Below the pieces are notes generated by a model. That model saw only the letters and a list, made by a program, of their open reading frames with translations, ran no database searches and was not told the DNA's origin. Of a stretch of DNA of 64,000 nt, positions 33,585-43,182 are shown in pieces. Origin of the DNA: Kiritimatiellia bacterium. Lineage in GTDB: Bacteria; Verrucomicrobiota; Kiritimatiellia; RFP12; UBA1067. The position numbers were made by a program, and so were the translations under genes. Location of the stretch: positions 1,922-65,921 of the forward strand of contig JAZLJP010000041.1 in the NCBI GenBank assembly GCA_045617985.1, read 5' to 3'. Every line of letters starts with the position of its first letter. Position 1 is the stretch's first letter.

Positions 33585-34799
33585 TTAACGGCACCACGCC
33601 GGGTTCATCCAATGACCCTGATTGCGGAAGAGCTGCTGCGGCCGATCAAGCGGGCTGCCCTTGAGCCCCGATGTCACGACCTCCGGATCCGTATCCACGA
33701 GATAGAGCGCACCATTGTTCTCCGCCACCACGTGGCGCCCATCCACCGACCAGCTCGGATGCTCCCAGCCGCCCGGCGCCGTCACCTCGCGAGCCGATGC
33801 CTCGCCCTTCGCAGGATCCATCACCACAAGCACATTCTGCCCAAGGCGCTTCGACGCGTACACGATGCGCCCGTCCGGACCCCAATCGGGATTCGTGTTC
33901 TGGGTTCCCTTGTACGTGATGCGCGTGGACTTCTTCGTGGCCACGTCCAACACATACAACTGCGGCTGACGGGCCTCATCGCTCACATAGACGATCTTCG
34001 TGCCCGTCTTGTTCCAGCACGGCGACGCCTCGCTCGCCCGCGCCGTACGCGTCATGCGATTGATGGTCTTTCCCGGCATGTCGTAGACGTAGAGCTCCGG
34101 ATTTCCCTGGAACGAAAGGATGATCGCGCACCGCCGCCCATCCGGCGCAATCGCGGCCCCCGTCGCGAGGCCCTTGAAGGACGCAAGGAGACTGCGCGCA
34201 CCCGTCGAAGCCGCAAGACGGTAGACAAGCGGGGACTTCTGCAAGAAGCCCGTGTAGTAGATGTCTTCCTTGTTCGGCGCCCAACGCGGCCCCACCACGG
34301 CATGATGATCGGCCGTCAGCTGACGGATGTCATACCCGTCAGGATAGCACATGAACAGCTCGCCGTCGTCCTTACCCTTGCGCTGCGCAAAGGCAATGCG
34401 CTCACAGGCAAACCCCTTCGTCCCCGTCTGCACATTCACGATGGCGTCTGAAAGCTGGCGCGCCGCCATCCGCCCGGCTTTCGCATCGACAAAGGGCGTC
34501 GCGATCGACACATTCATGCGCTGCTTGCCCACATTGCTCGCCGTGACCTTGCCCCCCGGCGTACCCGTAATCTGAATCGCCGCATTGGGCTGCAGGGAAA
34601 AGTAGCCGCTCAACGTGAGATTGCGGCGCAGCGAGGCATTGAACGCCGCCTGTGCGGGCGTCGCGCTCGCCGTCGCCACCGTCACGGGGATGCGTTCAAC
34701 GCCCTTCACGCCAACATGAACGACCCGTGCCGGCGCCGCCGCTGCGAGGGAAAACGCCAAAGCAAAGGCGCAGGAAAAGGAAAGAAGACAACGCTTCAT
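33585..34799 (-). CDS. tolB: TolB-like periplasmic beta-propeller protein
   Basis: Signal peptide, then an N-terminal TolB-like domain, then repeated WD40-like P.W.PDG..I.Y blades (PRWAPNKEDIYY, AIAPDGRRCAIIL, PCWNKTGTKIVYVS, NPDWGPDGRIVYAS, HPSWSVDGRHVV). Confidence 0.8.
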   Translation of the reverse strand: MKRCLLSFSCAFALAFSLAAAAPARVVHVGVKGVERIPVTVATASATPAQAAFNASLRRNLTLSGYFSLQPNAAIQITGTPGGKVTASNVGKQRMNVSIATPFVDAKAGRMAARQLSDAIVNVQTGTKGFACERIAFAQRKGKDDGELFMCYPDGYDIRQLTADHHAVVGPRWAPNKEDIYYTGFLQKSPLVYRLAASTGARSLLASFKGLATGAAIAPDGRRCAIILSFQGNPELYVYDMPGKTINRMTRTARASEASPCWNKTGTKIVYVSDEARQPQLYVLDVATKKSTRITYKGTQNTNPDWGPDGRIVYASKRLGQNVLVVMDPAKGEASAREVTAPGGWEHPSWSVDGRHVVAENNGALYLVDTDPEVVTSGLKGSPLDRPQQLFRNQGHWMNPAWCR

Positions 34800-34889
34800 A
34801 AAGACTCCGAATTCTGATTGATTTTCTGTTGAAATGTTTTGACTAGATTATACCGATTCTCGCGTTGAGAAGCAAGACGAAAGAACAAG

Positions 34890-36293
34890 TTAAAATTGCC
34901 TGAAGGCGGAAACGAGCCGAGCCCCCTTGTTGCCGAAGCAATCGATCGGGCGCACCTCGAAGCGCACATGCCCCGCCGGCGGAAATTCGCTCTTCGCAAA
35001 CCAGCATTCGCTCACGCGCCCCGCCTTCGCAAGCGGCAGATAGAAGTCCGCCGCCATCACGCGCTTCGCCTTGAGCGGCAGCTCCACATCGTCCTCCACC
35101 AGCACCGGCAGCACCTCGAATTCGAAGGCGCGGCGCGCGCGATCAAGAATGACGGAGGGAAACGCCACGCGCACGCACGGCACTTTCTTTTTCGTGACGA
35201 CGTCGTCGAGCGCCACCTGCGCCCCCGGCGCAAATTCCGGCGCCTTACGCTGAGAGGCACGCGTCTTGAAATTCATCGGCCCGTTCACGCTCGCCTTCAC
35301 CGGCACCACCCAGTCGTCACCCAGCGACTGATTGTACACGAACTCGCGCCGGGCAATCCGCAGCGCCTCGTCCGTCACCGTGAAGACCATTCCCTGACGC
35401 CCGTCGCCCGTGGGGAGATTCGGCGTCACATGGCCGCCGTTCGCCTTGCGGTAGCCGCCCGAGTTGCCCGGCATATTGTCGCGCAGATTGTAGTCCGTCG
35501 AGGAATACCGCAGCGAGCTCGTGTTGACGGACGTGAAGGCCCCCTGCCACACGGTGCGCTCGTCGGTGAGCGTGTAATGCGAATGCCCCGAGCAAACGAT
35601 GCAGTTCGGAAACTTTTCGAACACCGCGTTGAGCTCGTTCATCGCCCCCCACGCCCACGCGCCCATGCACGAATTTTTCGGATGCGGATGCATCACGAAG
35701 AAGAACGGCTTCTCTTTGCCGAGCTCGGCTTCATGTGCCTTGAAAAACGCCGCCACCTGATTGAACGCGCCCCAGTGCGCGCCGATGACCTTATAGCCTT
35801 TGACCTCTTTCATCCACACGGGATGATACTCTTCATGGAAGCAGTCGCGCCAGGCCTTCGCCGGGTCGGGCCCGATGCACTGCGCCCGATAGGCCGGATC
35901 GTTGCGCTTCTTCGCGTCCGCCCCCCACGTCCAACCGCCCACGCAGTGGTTGCCGTAAACGAAAAGCTGTTCGACGGGCCGCCCGTCCGGCGCCTTGCCG
36001 TGGGGGAAGACCTTGAACCAGGTATCGGCACACCGCTTGAGCTGCGCCACGCGCCCCGTATCGGCGATGTCGCCCGCGATGATCACCCCGTCCACACCCG
36101 CATCACGGAAGTAGGTGAGCGCATTGAGGAACGTATCCTCATCGCCCGGGCGGTTCAGATGCACGTCGCTGAGTACGCCGAACTTGACGCGCGCGGTCCC
36201 CGCGAGCGGCGCCTCGGCCGGAATCGCGAAAACGCCGGTCGGCAACAAGGACGCAACCGTTGAACCAAGAAAGAGACGTCGAGAAAGAGTCAT
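34890..36293 (-). CDS. TAT-signal calcineurin-like metallophosphoesterase
   Basis: MTLSRRLFLGSTVASL is a twin-arginine signal. The phosphoesterase motifs are present: GVLSDVHL, IIAGDIAD, YGNH and GHSH. Confidence 0.75.
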   Translation of the reverse strand: MTLSRRLFLGSTVASLLPTGVFAIPAEAPLAGTARVKFGVLSDVHLNRPGDEDTFLNALTYFRDAGVDGVIIAGDIADTGRVAQLKRCADTWFKVFPHGKAPDGRPVEQLFVYGNHCVGGWTWGADAKKRNDPAYRAQCIGPDPAKAWRDCFHEEYHPVWMKEVKGYKVIGAHWGAFNQVAAFFKAHEAELGKEKPFFFVMHPHPKNSCMGAWAWGAMNELNAVFEKFPNCIVCSGHSHYTLTDERTVWQGAFTSVNTSSLRYSSTDYNLRDNMPGNSGGYRKANGGHVTPNLPTGDGRQGMVFTVTDEALRIARREFVYNQSLGDDWVVPVKASVNGPMNFKTRASQRKAPEFAPGAQVALDDVVTKKKVPCVRVAFPSVILDRARRAFEFEVLPVLVEDDVELPLKAKRVMAADFYLPLAKAGRVSECWFAKSEFPPAGHVRFEVRPIDCFGNKGARLVSAFRQF

Positions 36294-36320
36294 GATGAAT
36301 TCCTTTTTGAAAATCGAAGA

Positions 36321-37148
36321 TCAGGCAAATGCCTGGAGTGTTTCAAGGTAGCCGGCGGGATTGCCGATATCGTGGCGGCGGCCCGGATAGCGATAGCCGT
36401 AGACGGGCTTTTCGCCGAGCAGGCGCCGAATCGCGTCCGTGAGCTGAATCTCGCCGCCCTGCCCCGGCTGCTGCGTGGCGAGGAGCGCGAAGATCTGCGG
36501 ATCGAGGAGATAGCGCCCCGCAATCGCAAGGCGCGAGGGAGCCACTTCGGGCTGCGGCTTTTCAACGAGATCGGCAAGATTTAGAACGCGCGATGCCTCC
36601 ACGCCCGGTGCCGCCAAAGTCGCAACGGGCGAGCCGGCCACAATGCCGTAGCGAGACACCTTTTCAAGCGGCACCTCTTCAAGGCCCACCACGGACGCCC
36701 CGCCGCAGGCCCGCGAAATCGCCACCATCGCCTGCGACGGCGCCTCGCCCGAAACGAGCGCATCGCCCAGCAAGACGAGGATCGGCTCCGTTTCGCCGCG
36801 CAGCACGTCGGCCGCCTGCAACACGGCATGCCCCAGCCCCCTCTGCTCCGTCTGATACGTCCACACAAGGCGCTTTCCGATCTCCTCGAGATGCGCGAGC
36901 TCGGCGGCGATCTCCGGCTTCTTCGCACACCGCGCGTGCCACACGGGATCGACCTCGAAGTGGCGCTTCAACGAGGGCTTATCGGGGGAGGTGACGATCA
37001 CGACTTCGTTCACCCCCGCCTGAAGCGCCTCTTCAACGATCAGCTGAAGCGCAGGCTTCGCCCCCACGGGCAGCATTTCCTTCGGCACCGTTTTCGTGGC
37101 GGGCAGGAAACGCGTGCCATAACCGGCGGCGGGAATAAGAGCCTTCAT
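36321..37148 (-). CDS. galU: UTP--glucose-1-phosphate uridylyltransferase
   Basis: MKALIPAAGYGTRFLPATKTVPKEMLPV is the GalU N-terminal signature. LLGD and AIAGRY are also present. Confidence 0.85.
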   Translation of the reverse strand: MKALIPAAGYGTRFLPATKTVPKEMLPVGAKPALQLIVEEALQAGVNEVVIVTSPDKPSLKRHFEVDPVWHARCAKKPEIAAELAHLEEIGKRLVWTYQTEQRGLGHAVLQAADVLRGETEPILVLLGDALVSGEAPSQAMVAISRACGGASVVGLEEVPLEKVSRYGIVAGSPVATLAAPGVEASRVLNLADLVEKPQPEVAPSRLAIAGRYLLDPQIFALLATQQPGQGGEIQLTDAIRRLLGEKPVYGYRYPGRRHDIGNPAGYLETLQAFA

Positions 37149-37163
37149 CGGTCACGGCCCTCG

Positions 37164-38483
37164 TCAATCGGCGAAGTAGGCCTTGTAGGCCTTCTTCGTG
37201 TGATAGCAGTCGTGGCGCGAGGCGAGTTCCCACGGCGCGTGCATGTTGAAAAGGGGCGTACCGAAATCGATCACGTCCATGCCGAAACGCGCCATGAACT
37301 TCGCGATCGTACCGCCGCCGCCCTTCTCGGCGCGCCCGAGCTCGCCCATCTGCCAATCGACCTTCGCGCCATCCATGATGCGGCGCACCTCGGCCACGAA
37401 CTCCGCCCGCGCGTCGGACGCGCCGCTCTTCGAAGCCGCGCCCGTATACTTGATCGCCGCCGGGCCCTTCCCCATCTTCGCCTCGTTGCCGGTCGAATCG
37501 GCATCGGGGAAGTGCGGGTCGCTCGCCGCACACACGTCCGCACTCAGCATCGAGGATCGCTCGAGCGCACGGCGCACGTCGATGTCACGCGCGTTCTTCG
37601 TCTGGCGATCGAGGAGCTCGGCCACCGTGTTCTCGAAGAACGAGCTATCCATGCCCGAGGCGCCCACGCTGCCGATTTCCTCCTTGTCGCAAAGAACAAC
37701 GGCACACGTCTTCTTGGGCGTCTTGCCGTCCTTCGCGAAATCGATGAGCGCGCTCAGGCCCGCGTAGGCGCACACGCGGTCGTCATGGCCGTAGGCCGCG
37801 ATGAGCGCGCGGTCAAGGCCCACTTCGCGCGGAGCGCCCGCCGGCACGATTTCGAGTTCGGCGCTGAGGAGGTCGTCCTTCTCAACGCCGTAGGTCTTCT
37901 CGAGGAGCGCCTCGATGTCGCCCAAGCCCGCGATCACGTCGAGATCTTCCGCCGCCACCAGGTCCTTCGCCGGCTTCTCCAGCTGGTCCTTGCCGAAATG
38001 CGGCAGGATGTCGCTGATCATGAACACGGGGTCGCCCGGCTTGTCGCCAACGGCGATATCGACCGTCGTGCCATTCTTCTTCACCACGGTTCCGTAGAGC
38101 GCGAGCGGCAGTACGAGCCACTGGTACTTCTTGATGCCGCCGTAGATGCGCGTATCGAAGTAGGTGATGTCGTTCTTCTTGTAGAGCGGCCGGGGTTTGA
38201 GATCGAGCCGCGGCGCATCGGTGTGGCCGCCCACCACGCGAATGCCCTCCGCCACCGGCGCACGGCCGGCAATCGCGGCAAAGAGCGTCTTCCCATGATA
38301 GCCGCGATAGATGCGATCGCCCGGCTTGAAGGCCTTCGTCGTATCGAGATTCTTGAACCCGCACGCTTCGAGAAGGCGCACCGCCTCCTGATAGCACCGG
38401 CGCTCCGTCTTGCCCTTCGCGAGAAAGTCCATGTAGGCGGCGCAATACGCATCAATTTCCTTGAGTTCTTTGTCTTGCTTCAT
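37164..38483 (-). CDS. M18-family aminopeptidase
   Basis: The start is set at MKQDKELKEI (ATG 38483, preceded by AAGGAG). VVGGHTDAPRLDLKP matches the M18 HTDSP.L..KP motif. AAYGHDDR, CDKEEIGS and NMHAP are also consistent. Confidence 0.75.
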   Translation of the reverse strand: MKQDKELKEIDAYCAAYMDFLAKGKTERRCYQEAVRLLEACGFKNLDTTKAFKPGDRIYRGYHGKTLFAAIAGRAPVAEGIRVVGGHTDAPRLDLKPRPLYKKNDITYFDTRIYGGIKKYQWLVLPLALYGTVVKKNGTTVDIAVGDKPGDPVFMISDILPHFGKDQLEKPAKDLVAAEDLDVIAGLGDIEALLEKTYGVEKDDLLSAELEIVPAGAPREVGLDRALIAAYGHDDRVCAYAGLSALIDFAKDGKTPKKTCAVVLCDKEEIGSVGASGMDSSFFENTVAELLDRQTKNARDIDVRRALERSSMLSADVCAASDPHFPDADSTGNEAKMGKGPAAIKYTGAASKSGASDARAEFVAEVRRIMDGAKVDWQMGELGRAEKGGGGTIAKFMARFGMDVIDFGTPLFNMHAPWELASRHDCYHTKKAYKAYFAD

Positions 38484-38526
38484 CTCGGTCACTCCTTTGA
38501 AATCCGATTTCGAAATTCCGCTTCGC

Positions 38527-39804
38527 CTACGCGTTTTCCGCAAGCGGCTTACGGCGCACGATCGCCGCCGCAGCCGCAAGCAAAGCCGCCGGAAGCGCAA
38601 CGACGTTCAAGAGCACGCACTTCGCGAGCGCCCCCCATTCCACACACCGATCGGTTGCAAGGTCGGAGAGCGGCGCGGATTCGCTCACCGTCGAAGTGAG
38701 CCCGCAAATGACGCGCGACACCGCAAGGCCAAAGCGCTCGGTCAACTTCGTATCCATTTCGTCGGGAAACTGCGATACGACGCTCGGCGCCATGAGCGTG
38801 ACCATCACGGCCACGAAGGCCGTGAAGAGCGCCACCGGGCGCGACACCGCCGCCGAGAGGAAAAGGCCGAACGCCGCCAGCAAGGCGATCGTCGCAAACA
38901 TCTCGCCGCTCGCACGCGCCAGATTGCAGACGAACGCATCGGCGGGCGTGAGGATCTCCAAATCGCGCCGCGGGCGCAGCATCACCGTTTCCTTCCCCGT
39001 GTTCGCAAAGGACAATTCAAACACCCCGTTCGTCGCCACCGACAGCGCCGGCGCCTTCTCGTCCTTCACGAGCGGCACGTCGATCGCCGTTTGCGTGCTG
39101 TGCTTGACATCGCTTTTGAGCGACGCGAAGAAGAACGTGCCCTCAAACGGCGAGCGCAGCTCGAATTGCGTGGCGAAACGCGCCCGCACGAGCGGCTTGA
39201 GCGCCGGATCGGCGAGGCCCGCCGCAAACGGCCAGGCCATTTTCCCTCCCGGGCGCACAACGTCGTACCGGTCAAGTTCCTTGTTCGTCAAGAGCGCCAA
39301 GACCGCCGCCTTCGGCGCCTTCTTCACGTTCTCCGGCGTTTTCGGATCGGCAAGATAGGCCGCAAGCGCCCCCCGCGCGCACACGGCCGGCGACGGCAGC
39401 TGCGGAACATGATGATGCAGGCACTGCGGCGCCGCGGAGAGCCGGCAGAACGTCAACGCGCCGGAAAAGAACAACGCCATCGCCGCCACCGCCGAGAGCG
39501 CCAGCCACTTGCCGCACGCGACGCCGAAAGCCGAACTCGGCCGCACGACCGTCAGCGAAAGCCGAAACCGCTCGCGCTCCTGGGCGAAGAGGCCGCACGC
39601 GCAGGCGAGAATCGTCACCGCAATGAACGAATAGGCCGCACCCGGCACGGCGCGAACGAACATCTCCCGCCACCCGTTCGCCGTACCGTCGCTCCGCACG
39701 AGCGCCGGCAGAAACGCATGCGCAAGCGCCGTTGCCACCAGAAGCAGCGTGAGAACATGGCCGCGCACAAGCGCCCGCCAGGTGAGGATGAACGAAGCTT
39801 TCAC
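38527..39804 (-). CDS. ABC-2-type transporter-associated polytopic membrane protein
   Basis: 425 aa with multiple TM segments and a large extracytoplasmic loop. Its ATG overlaps the stop of the upstream ATPase gene (ATGA). Confidence 0.6.
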   Translation of the reverse strand: MKASFILTWRALVRGHVLTLLLVATALAHAFLPALVRSDGTANGWREMFVRAVPGAAYSFIAVTILACACGLFAQERERFRLSLTVVRPSSAFGVACGKWLALSAVAAMALFFSGALTFCRLSAAPQCLHHHVPQLPSPAVCARGALAAYLADPKTPENVKKAPKAAVLALLTNKELDRYDVVRPGGKMAWPFAAGLADPALKPLVRARFATQFELRSPFEGTFFFASLKSDVKHSTQTAIDVPLVKDEKAPALSVATNGVFELSFANTGKETVMLRPRRDLEILTPADAFVCNLARASGEMFATIALLAAFGLFLSAAVSRPVALFTAFVAVMVTLMAPSVVSQFPDEMDTKLTERFGLAVSRVICGLTSTVSESAPLSDLATDRCVEWGALAKCVLLNVVALPAALLAAAAAIVRRKPLAENA

Positions 39805-40559
39805 GATGTCAACCCCAAACGTGCCACAAAGTAGTCTTCAAGGGCGTGACGCTTGTCTTCGGCGGCCTCGACGATATCCGCCACGCGCCCCGCCCCCACG
39901 ACCTTCCCGTGCGAAAGGATCGCCACGCGCGAACACACATCCTGCATGTCGAAGAGCTGATGCGAAGTGACGAGAATCGTGAGCCCCTCCGCCGCAAGCC
40001 GGCGAATGAGCTCCTTCACCTCGCGCGTTCCGATCGGATCAAGCCCCGAGGTCGGTTCATCGAGGATGAGGAGTTCGGGCTGCGAAACAAGGGCGCTCGC
40101 AAACGCGACGCGCCGCGCCATGCCCTTCGAGAAGCCGCCCACAGGACGATTCTCGTTTCCCGTAAGCCCCACGCGCGCCAGCAACTCCGCCGTACGCGCC
40201 TTCGCCGTCTTGCGGTCGAGATTCGAGAGCCCCGCATAGTACATCACCGTTTCGCGCGCCGTGAGGAACGGATGGAGATAGGAAAGTTCGGGCAGGTACC
40301 CAAGCCGCGCACGCGCCGCGCGCGACCTGGGCGGCAACCCGAAGAGCTTGACGGATCCCCCCGTCGGCGCCAGAAGCCCGAGAATCATCTTGATCGTCGT
40401 CGACTTTCCCGAACCATTCGGGCCGAGAAGCCCAAACACGTCGCCACGTTCAACCGTGAGATCGACACCGTTCACAGCCTCGGCCACAGGACGAAACCAG
40501 AAGTCGCGGAACGTTTTCTTCAACCCGCAAATTTCAATGACCGGTGCGCTCTCGCTCAC
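39801..40559 (-). CDS. ABC transporter ATP-binding protein
   Basis: Walker A GPNGSGKSTT, signature FSKGMARRVAFA and Walker B LILDEPTSGLD. GTG start 40559 (VSESAPVIEICGL) overlaps the upstream permease stop (GTGA). The 512-aa track ORF is an artefactual extension. Confidence 0.8.
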   Translation of the reverse strand: MSESAPVIEICGLKKTFRDFWFRPVAEAVNGVDLTVERGDVFGLLGPNGSGKSTTIKMILGLLAPTGGSVKLFGLPPRSRAARARLGYLPELSYLHPFLTARETVMYYAGLSNLDRKTAKARTAELLARVGLTGNENRPVGGFSKGMARRVAFASALVSQPELLILDEPTSGLDPIGTREVKELIRRLAAEGLTILVTSHQLFDMQDVCSRVAILSHGKVVGAGRVADIVEAAEDKRHALEDYFVARLGLTS

Positions 40560-41494
40560 GGCAGCTCCCTTCTCTGCAACAATAAAGAACCGGCAATCAG
40601 CCAGAAGGCCACCAGACAAACGGCAGCCCCCGCAGCCGCGCCAACCTCGCTCCACGGCAGGGCGCCACCGCCCGCCAGGCGATCCACAAGCCAGAACCGA
40701 TTGATTTCCGGCAACAACGCCCGAATCGGCCAAACGAACGAGGTGATGACCGCCCCCGCCACAAGCGCCGCCGTGGGCGCCGGCTTGAGCCGCACCGCAA
40801 GCGCCCCCGCGAACGCGATGAACACGCAACACCCGCATGCCAAAACGCCGAGGGCCGGTACGATCGCCCACGGCATCGCCCGAGCCGTCGCCACGAGGCC
40901 CTCGTGCCCGAACGGGAAGGAAACGACAAGAGCGAGCGGCTGCGCCACGGCCATCAGCACACAGGCCGATACGCAAAAACGCGCACGGATGAAGCGATTG
41001 AGCAACGCCGCGAGAATGAACGCACCGAGCGTGAAGCCGATTCCGGCGGCAAGCCCCGGCGCCCAAATCCGAGAGGCCGGCCCTTCGCAACAATCGGCCA
41101 ACTGCGCCCCCACGGCCGATGAATAGGTGGCAAGCACCGTCGCACTCGCAACGGCAATGAGAAAGAATCCAAAGGCGGCTCCCACGCCCGCCGTCTTCGC
41201 ACAGAAGAAAAGCGCCCGCGGCACCGGCCGCGCCAAGGCCGCCGCCGCCGTGCCGGAAGCAATCTCCCCTCCAATGGCCCGCACCGCCGCCGCCGTCGCA
41301 AAAACGAGGCCGAAGACGAGCAATGCGGAAAAACCGCATTCGCGCGCCAGGCGCCCCGCCTCGCCAAACTGGTGGTAGTGAAACACCGGCGCGAGATGCA
41401 CCGTTCCAAGCGCAACGAGAAAGAGAATCGCAGAAAGAGGTTCGGCCAACGCTTCAAGCGTGGCCGAACGTGCAAGTGCGAAAAACCGACGCAT
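40556..41494 (-). CDS. ABC-2-type permease
   Basis: 312 aa with about 6-7 TM segments. It is the first gene of a coupled permease-ATPase-permease set. Confidence 0.6.
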   Translation of the reverse strand: MRRFFALARSATLEALAEPLSAILFLVALGTVHLAPVFHYHQFGEAGRLARECGFSALLVFGLVFATAAAVRAIGGEIASGTAAAALARPVPRALFFCAKTAGVGAAFGFFLIAVASATVLATYSSAVGAQLADCCEGPASRIWAPGLAAGIGFTLGAFILAALLNRFIRARFCVSACVLMAVAQPLALVVSFPFGHEGLVATARAMPWAIVPALGVLACGCCVFIAFAGALAVRLKPAPTAALVAGAVITSFVWPIRALLPEINRFWLVDRLAGGGALPWSEVGAAAGAAVCLVAFWLIAGSLLLQRRELP

Positions 41495-41506
41495 GGCGCG
41501 TCGTCC

Positions 41507-42481
41507 TCACGCTTCAGTATGGATGAACGGCATCGCGTTCGCCCCGGCATCCGGGCCACAACCTTCCAAATAGAAGAAGTAGGCCACCGCGCCGATGACG
41601 AGCAGAGCCGCCAACGTCGTGATGAGCGACAACACCGCCACGGTCTTCGGCACACCCGCGCATTCATCCTTCGCCGAAACCGGCGCGAGCGGCTTGAGAT
41701 CGCCAACCGGCATTTCCGGAATATCGGCCACTTCCGATTCCGCCGCCGGCTCGGCCTTCTTCACGCCCAACGTCGGCTTCTTGACGCCCGCCCCCGGCAA
41801 ACCCGGCCGGTGCAGCTTCAAGGTCTTCTTCTGCGTCTCGCTCGCATCCGGCTCGGCCGCAGGTTCCGCCGCCGCGAGCGGCGCCGGGGCCTTAAGCGCA
41901 TCGGCAGATCCCGGAGCCGGCATAGGCGCAGGAGCCGGAGCTGCCGTCTTGAGATCGGCCGGCCGACGAAGACGAATCGTCTTGAGCGGCGCCGGGCCTT
42001 CCTTCGCAGGGGCAACGCCGATTGCGGATTCAAGGGAAATTCGCGAGGTCTTCGACTTCGCCGCCTGCTGCTGCGCCGGCGTAATGATGCCTTCGGCGAT
42101 GATACCCGTCTTGCGGAGCGTCGCCTGCACCGGAATCGGGCCCGTGACGGACTTGAGGTTCTGCGTCGCCCGCTTGAGCGTTGGCGGAACGGCGGCGGCA
42201 GGGGCCGCCGGTTGGGCCGGCGCCGGCTCAGATGCCGCCGGCTGGGGTGCCGGCTTCGGCGCAACCGGCGCAAGCGGCTTCGGCCCGCCGATCGTGGGCT
42301 TGTGAATCATCGGCTTGCGAATCACCGGTTTGAGCTTGATTGTGGATGCACCGCCCTCGGCCGCAGGTGCCGCAGGCGCAGACGCCGCCGGCGCGGGAGA
42401 CGCACCGAACGGAGCAACTTTCGGAGGAACGCTTCCGCCTTCCGCCGGGGTAATGGGGGTCATCTCAACTTCTTCCGCCAT
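41507..42481 (-). CDS. Pro/Ala-rich low-complexity protein with a C-terminal TM anchor
   Basis: The start is set at MAEEVEMTPI (ATG 42481, preceded by GGAGAG). It has recurrent basic motifs (TIKLKPVIRKP, TIRLRRPADLK, TLKLHRPGLP, TLGVKKAEP). The C-terminal segment VAVLSLITTLAALLVIGAVAYFFYL is a TM helix. Confidence 0.6.
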   Translation of the reverse strand: MAEEVEMTPITPAEGGSVPPKVAPFGASPAPAASAPAAPAAEGGASTIKLKPVIRKPMIHKPTIGGPKPLAPVAPKPAPQPAASEPAPAQPAAPAAAVPPTLKRATQNLKSVTGPIPVQATLRKTGIIAEGIITPAQQQAAKSKTSRISLESAIGVAPAKEGPAPLKTIRLRRPADLKTAAPAPAPMPAPGSADALKAPAPLAAAEPAAEPDASETQKKTLKLHRPGLPGAGVKKPTLGVKKAEPAAESEVADIPEMPVGDLKPLAPVSAKDECAGVPKTVAVLSLITTLAALLVIGAVAYFFYLEGCGPDAGANAMPFIHTEA

Positions 42482-42532
42482 GATTCTCTCCAATCCAACT
42501 TGTCCTAAAAATACGTTTGAACGGCCCGTTCG

Positions 42533-43096
42533 TTAAACGGCCATCACTTCCTTTTCCTTGGCCTTGAGCTCGGCGTCGATTTTGGCAATGCCGTCATCGG
42601 TCGCCTTCTGGACCTTGTCAAGGCCCTGCTTGAGGTCGTCTTCGGAAATCTTCTTGTCCTTCTCGAGCTTCTTGAGCGCTTCGTTCGCATCGCGGCGCAC
42701 ATTGCGCATCGCGATCTTCTGATCTTCGGCCTGCTTCTTCGCGAGCTTCACGATCTCCTTGCGGCGCTCTTCGTTGAGCTCGGGAATCGTAATGCGCAGC
42801 ACCTTGCCATCCGTCTGCGGCGTCACGCCGAGGTTGGCCGCGAGAATCGCCTTGTTCATTTCGGCGAGCACCGTAGGATCGAACGGCGTGATCTTGATCT
42901 GGCGCGGCTCCGGCGTCGAGATCGTGCCGAGGTTCTTGATGGGCGTAGGCGCACCGTAATAATCGACCTTGATGCCGTCGACCAGCGCAGGCGAAGCCTT
43001 GCCCGTACGGAGGCCCGCAAACTGCGCCTTAAGCGCGTCAAAACTCTTGGCGATCTTCGCCGATGTGTCGTTCAGAACTTCAGAAACCGTTTCCAT
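42533..43096 (-). CDS. frr: Ribosome recycling factor
   Basis: 187 aa. LRTGKASPALVDGIKVDYYGAPTPIKNLGTISTPEPRQIKITPFD is a canonical RRF sequence. Confidence 0.9.
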   Translation of the reverse strand: METVSEVLNDTSAKIAKSFDALKAQFAGLRTGKASPALVDGIKVDYYGAPTPIKNLGTISTPEPRQIKITPFDPTVLAEMNKAILAANLGVTPQTDGKVLRITIPELNEERRKEIVKLAKKQAEDQKIAMRNVRRDANEALKKLEKDKKISEDDLKQGLDKVQKATDDGIAKIDAELKAKEKEVMAV

Positions 43097-43163
43097 GAAA
43101 AATCCTCTTAAGGGTTGTTGCGTGAATTATAGCAAAAAAAAGAGGAATGCGCCAATGAAAAAT

Positions 43164-43172
43164 TGGTATAAT
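43164..43172 (+). promoter_or_regulatory. Extended -10 element (TGGTATAAT) only 10 nt upstream of the U32 peptidase ATG
   Basis: TGGTATAAT lies at 43164-43172 and the ATG at 43183. No Shine-Dalgarno sequence sits between them. Confidence 0.35.
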
Positions 43173-43182
43173 ACTTGGCGCA

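Noticed and set aside
42519-42531. Terminator after frr (GAACG-GCC-CGTTC)
   Set aside because: The stem is only 5 bp with no adjacent U-tract, and the next gene starts about 40 nt away. This is too weak to call.
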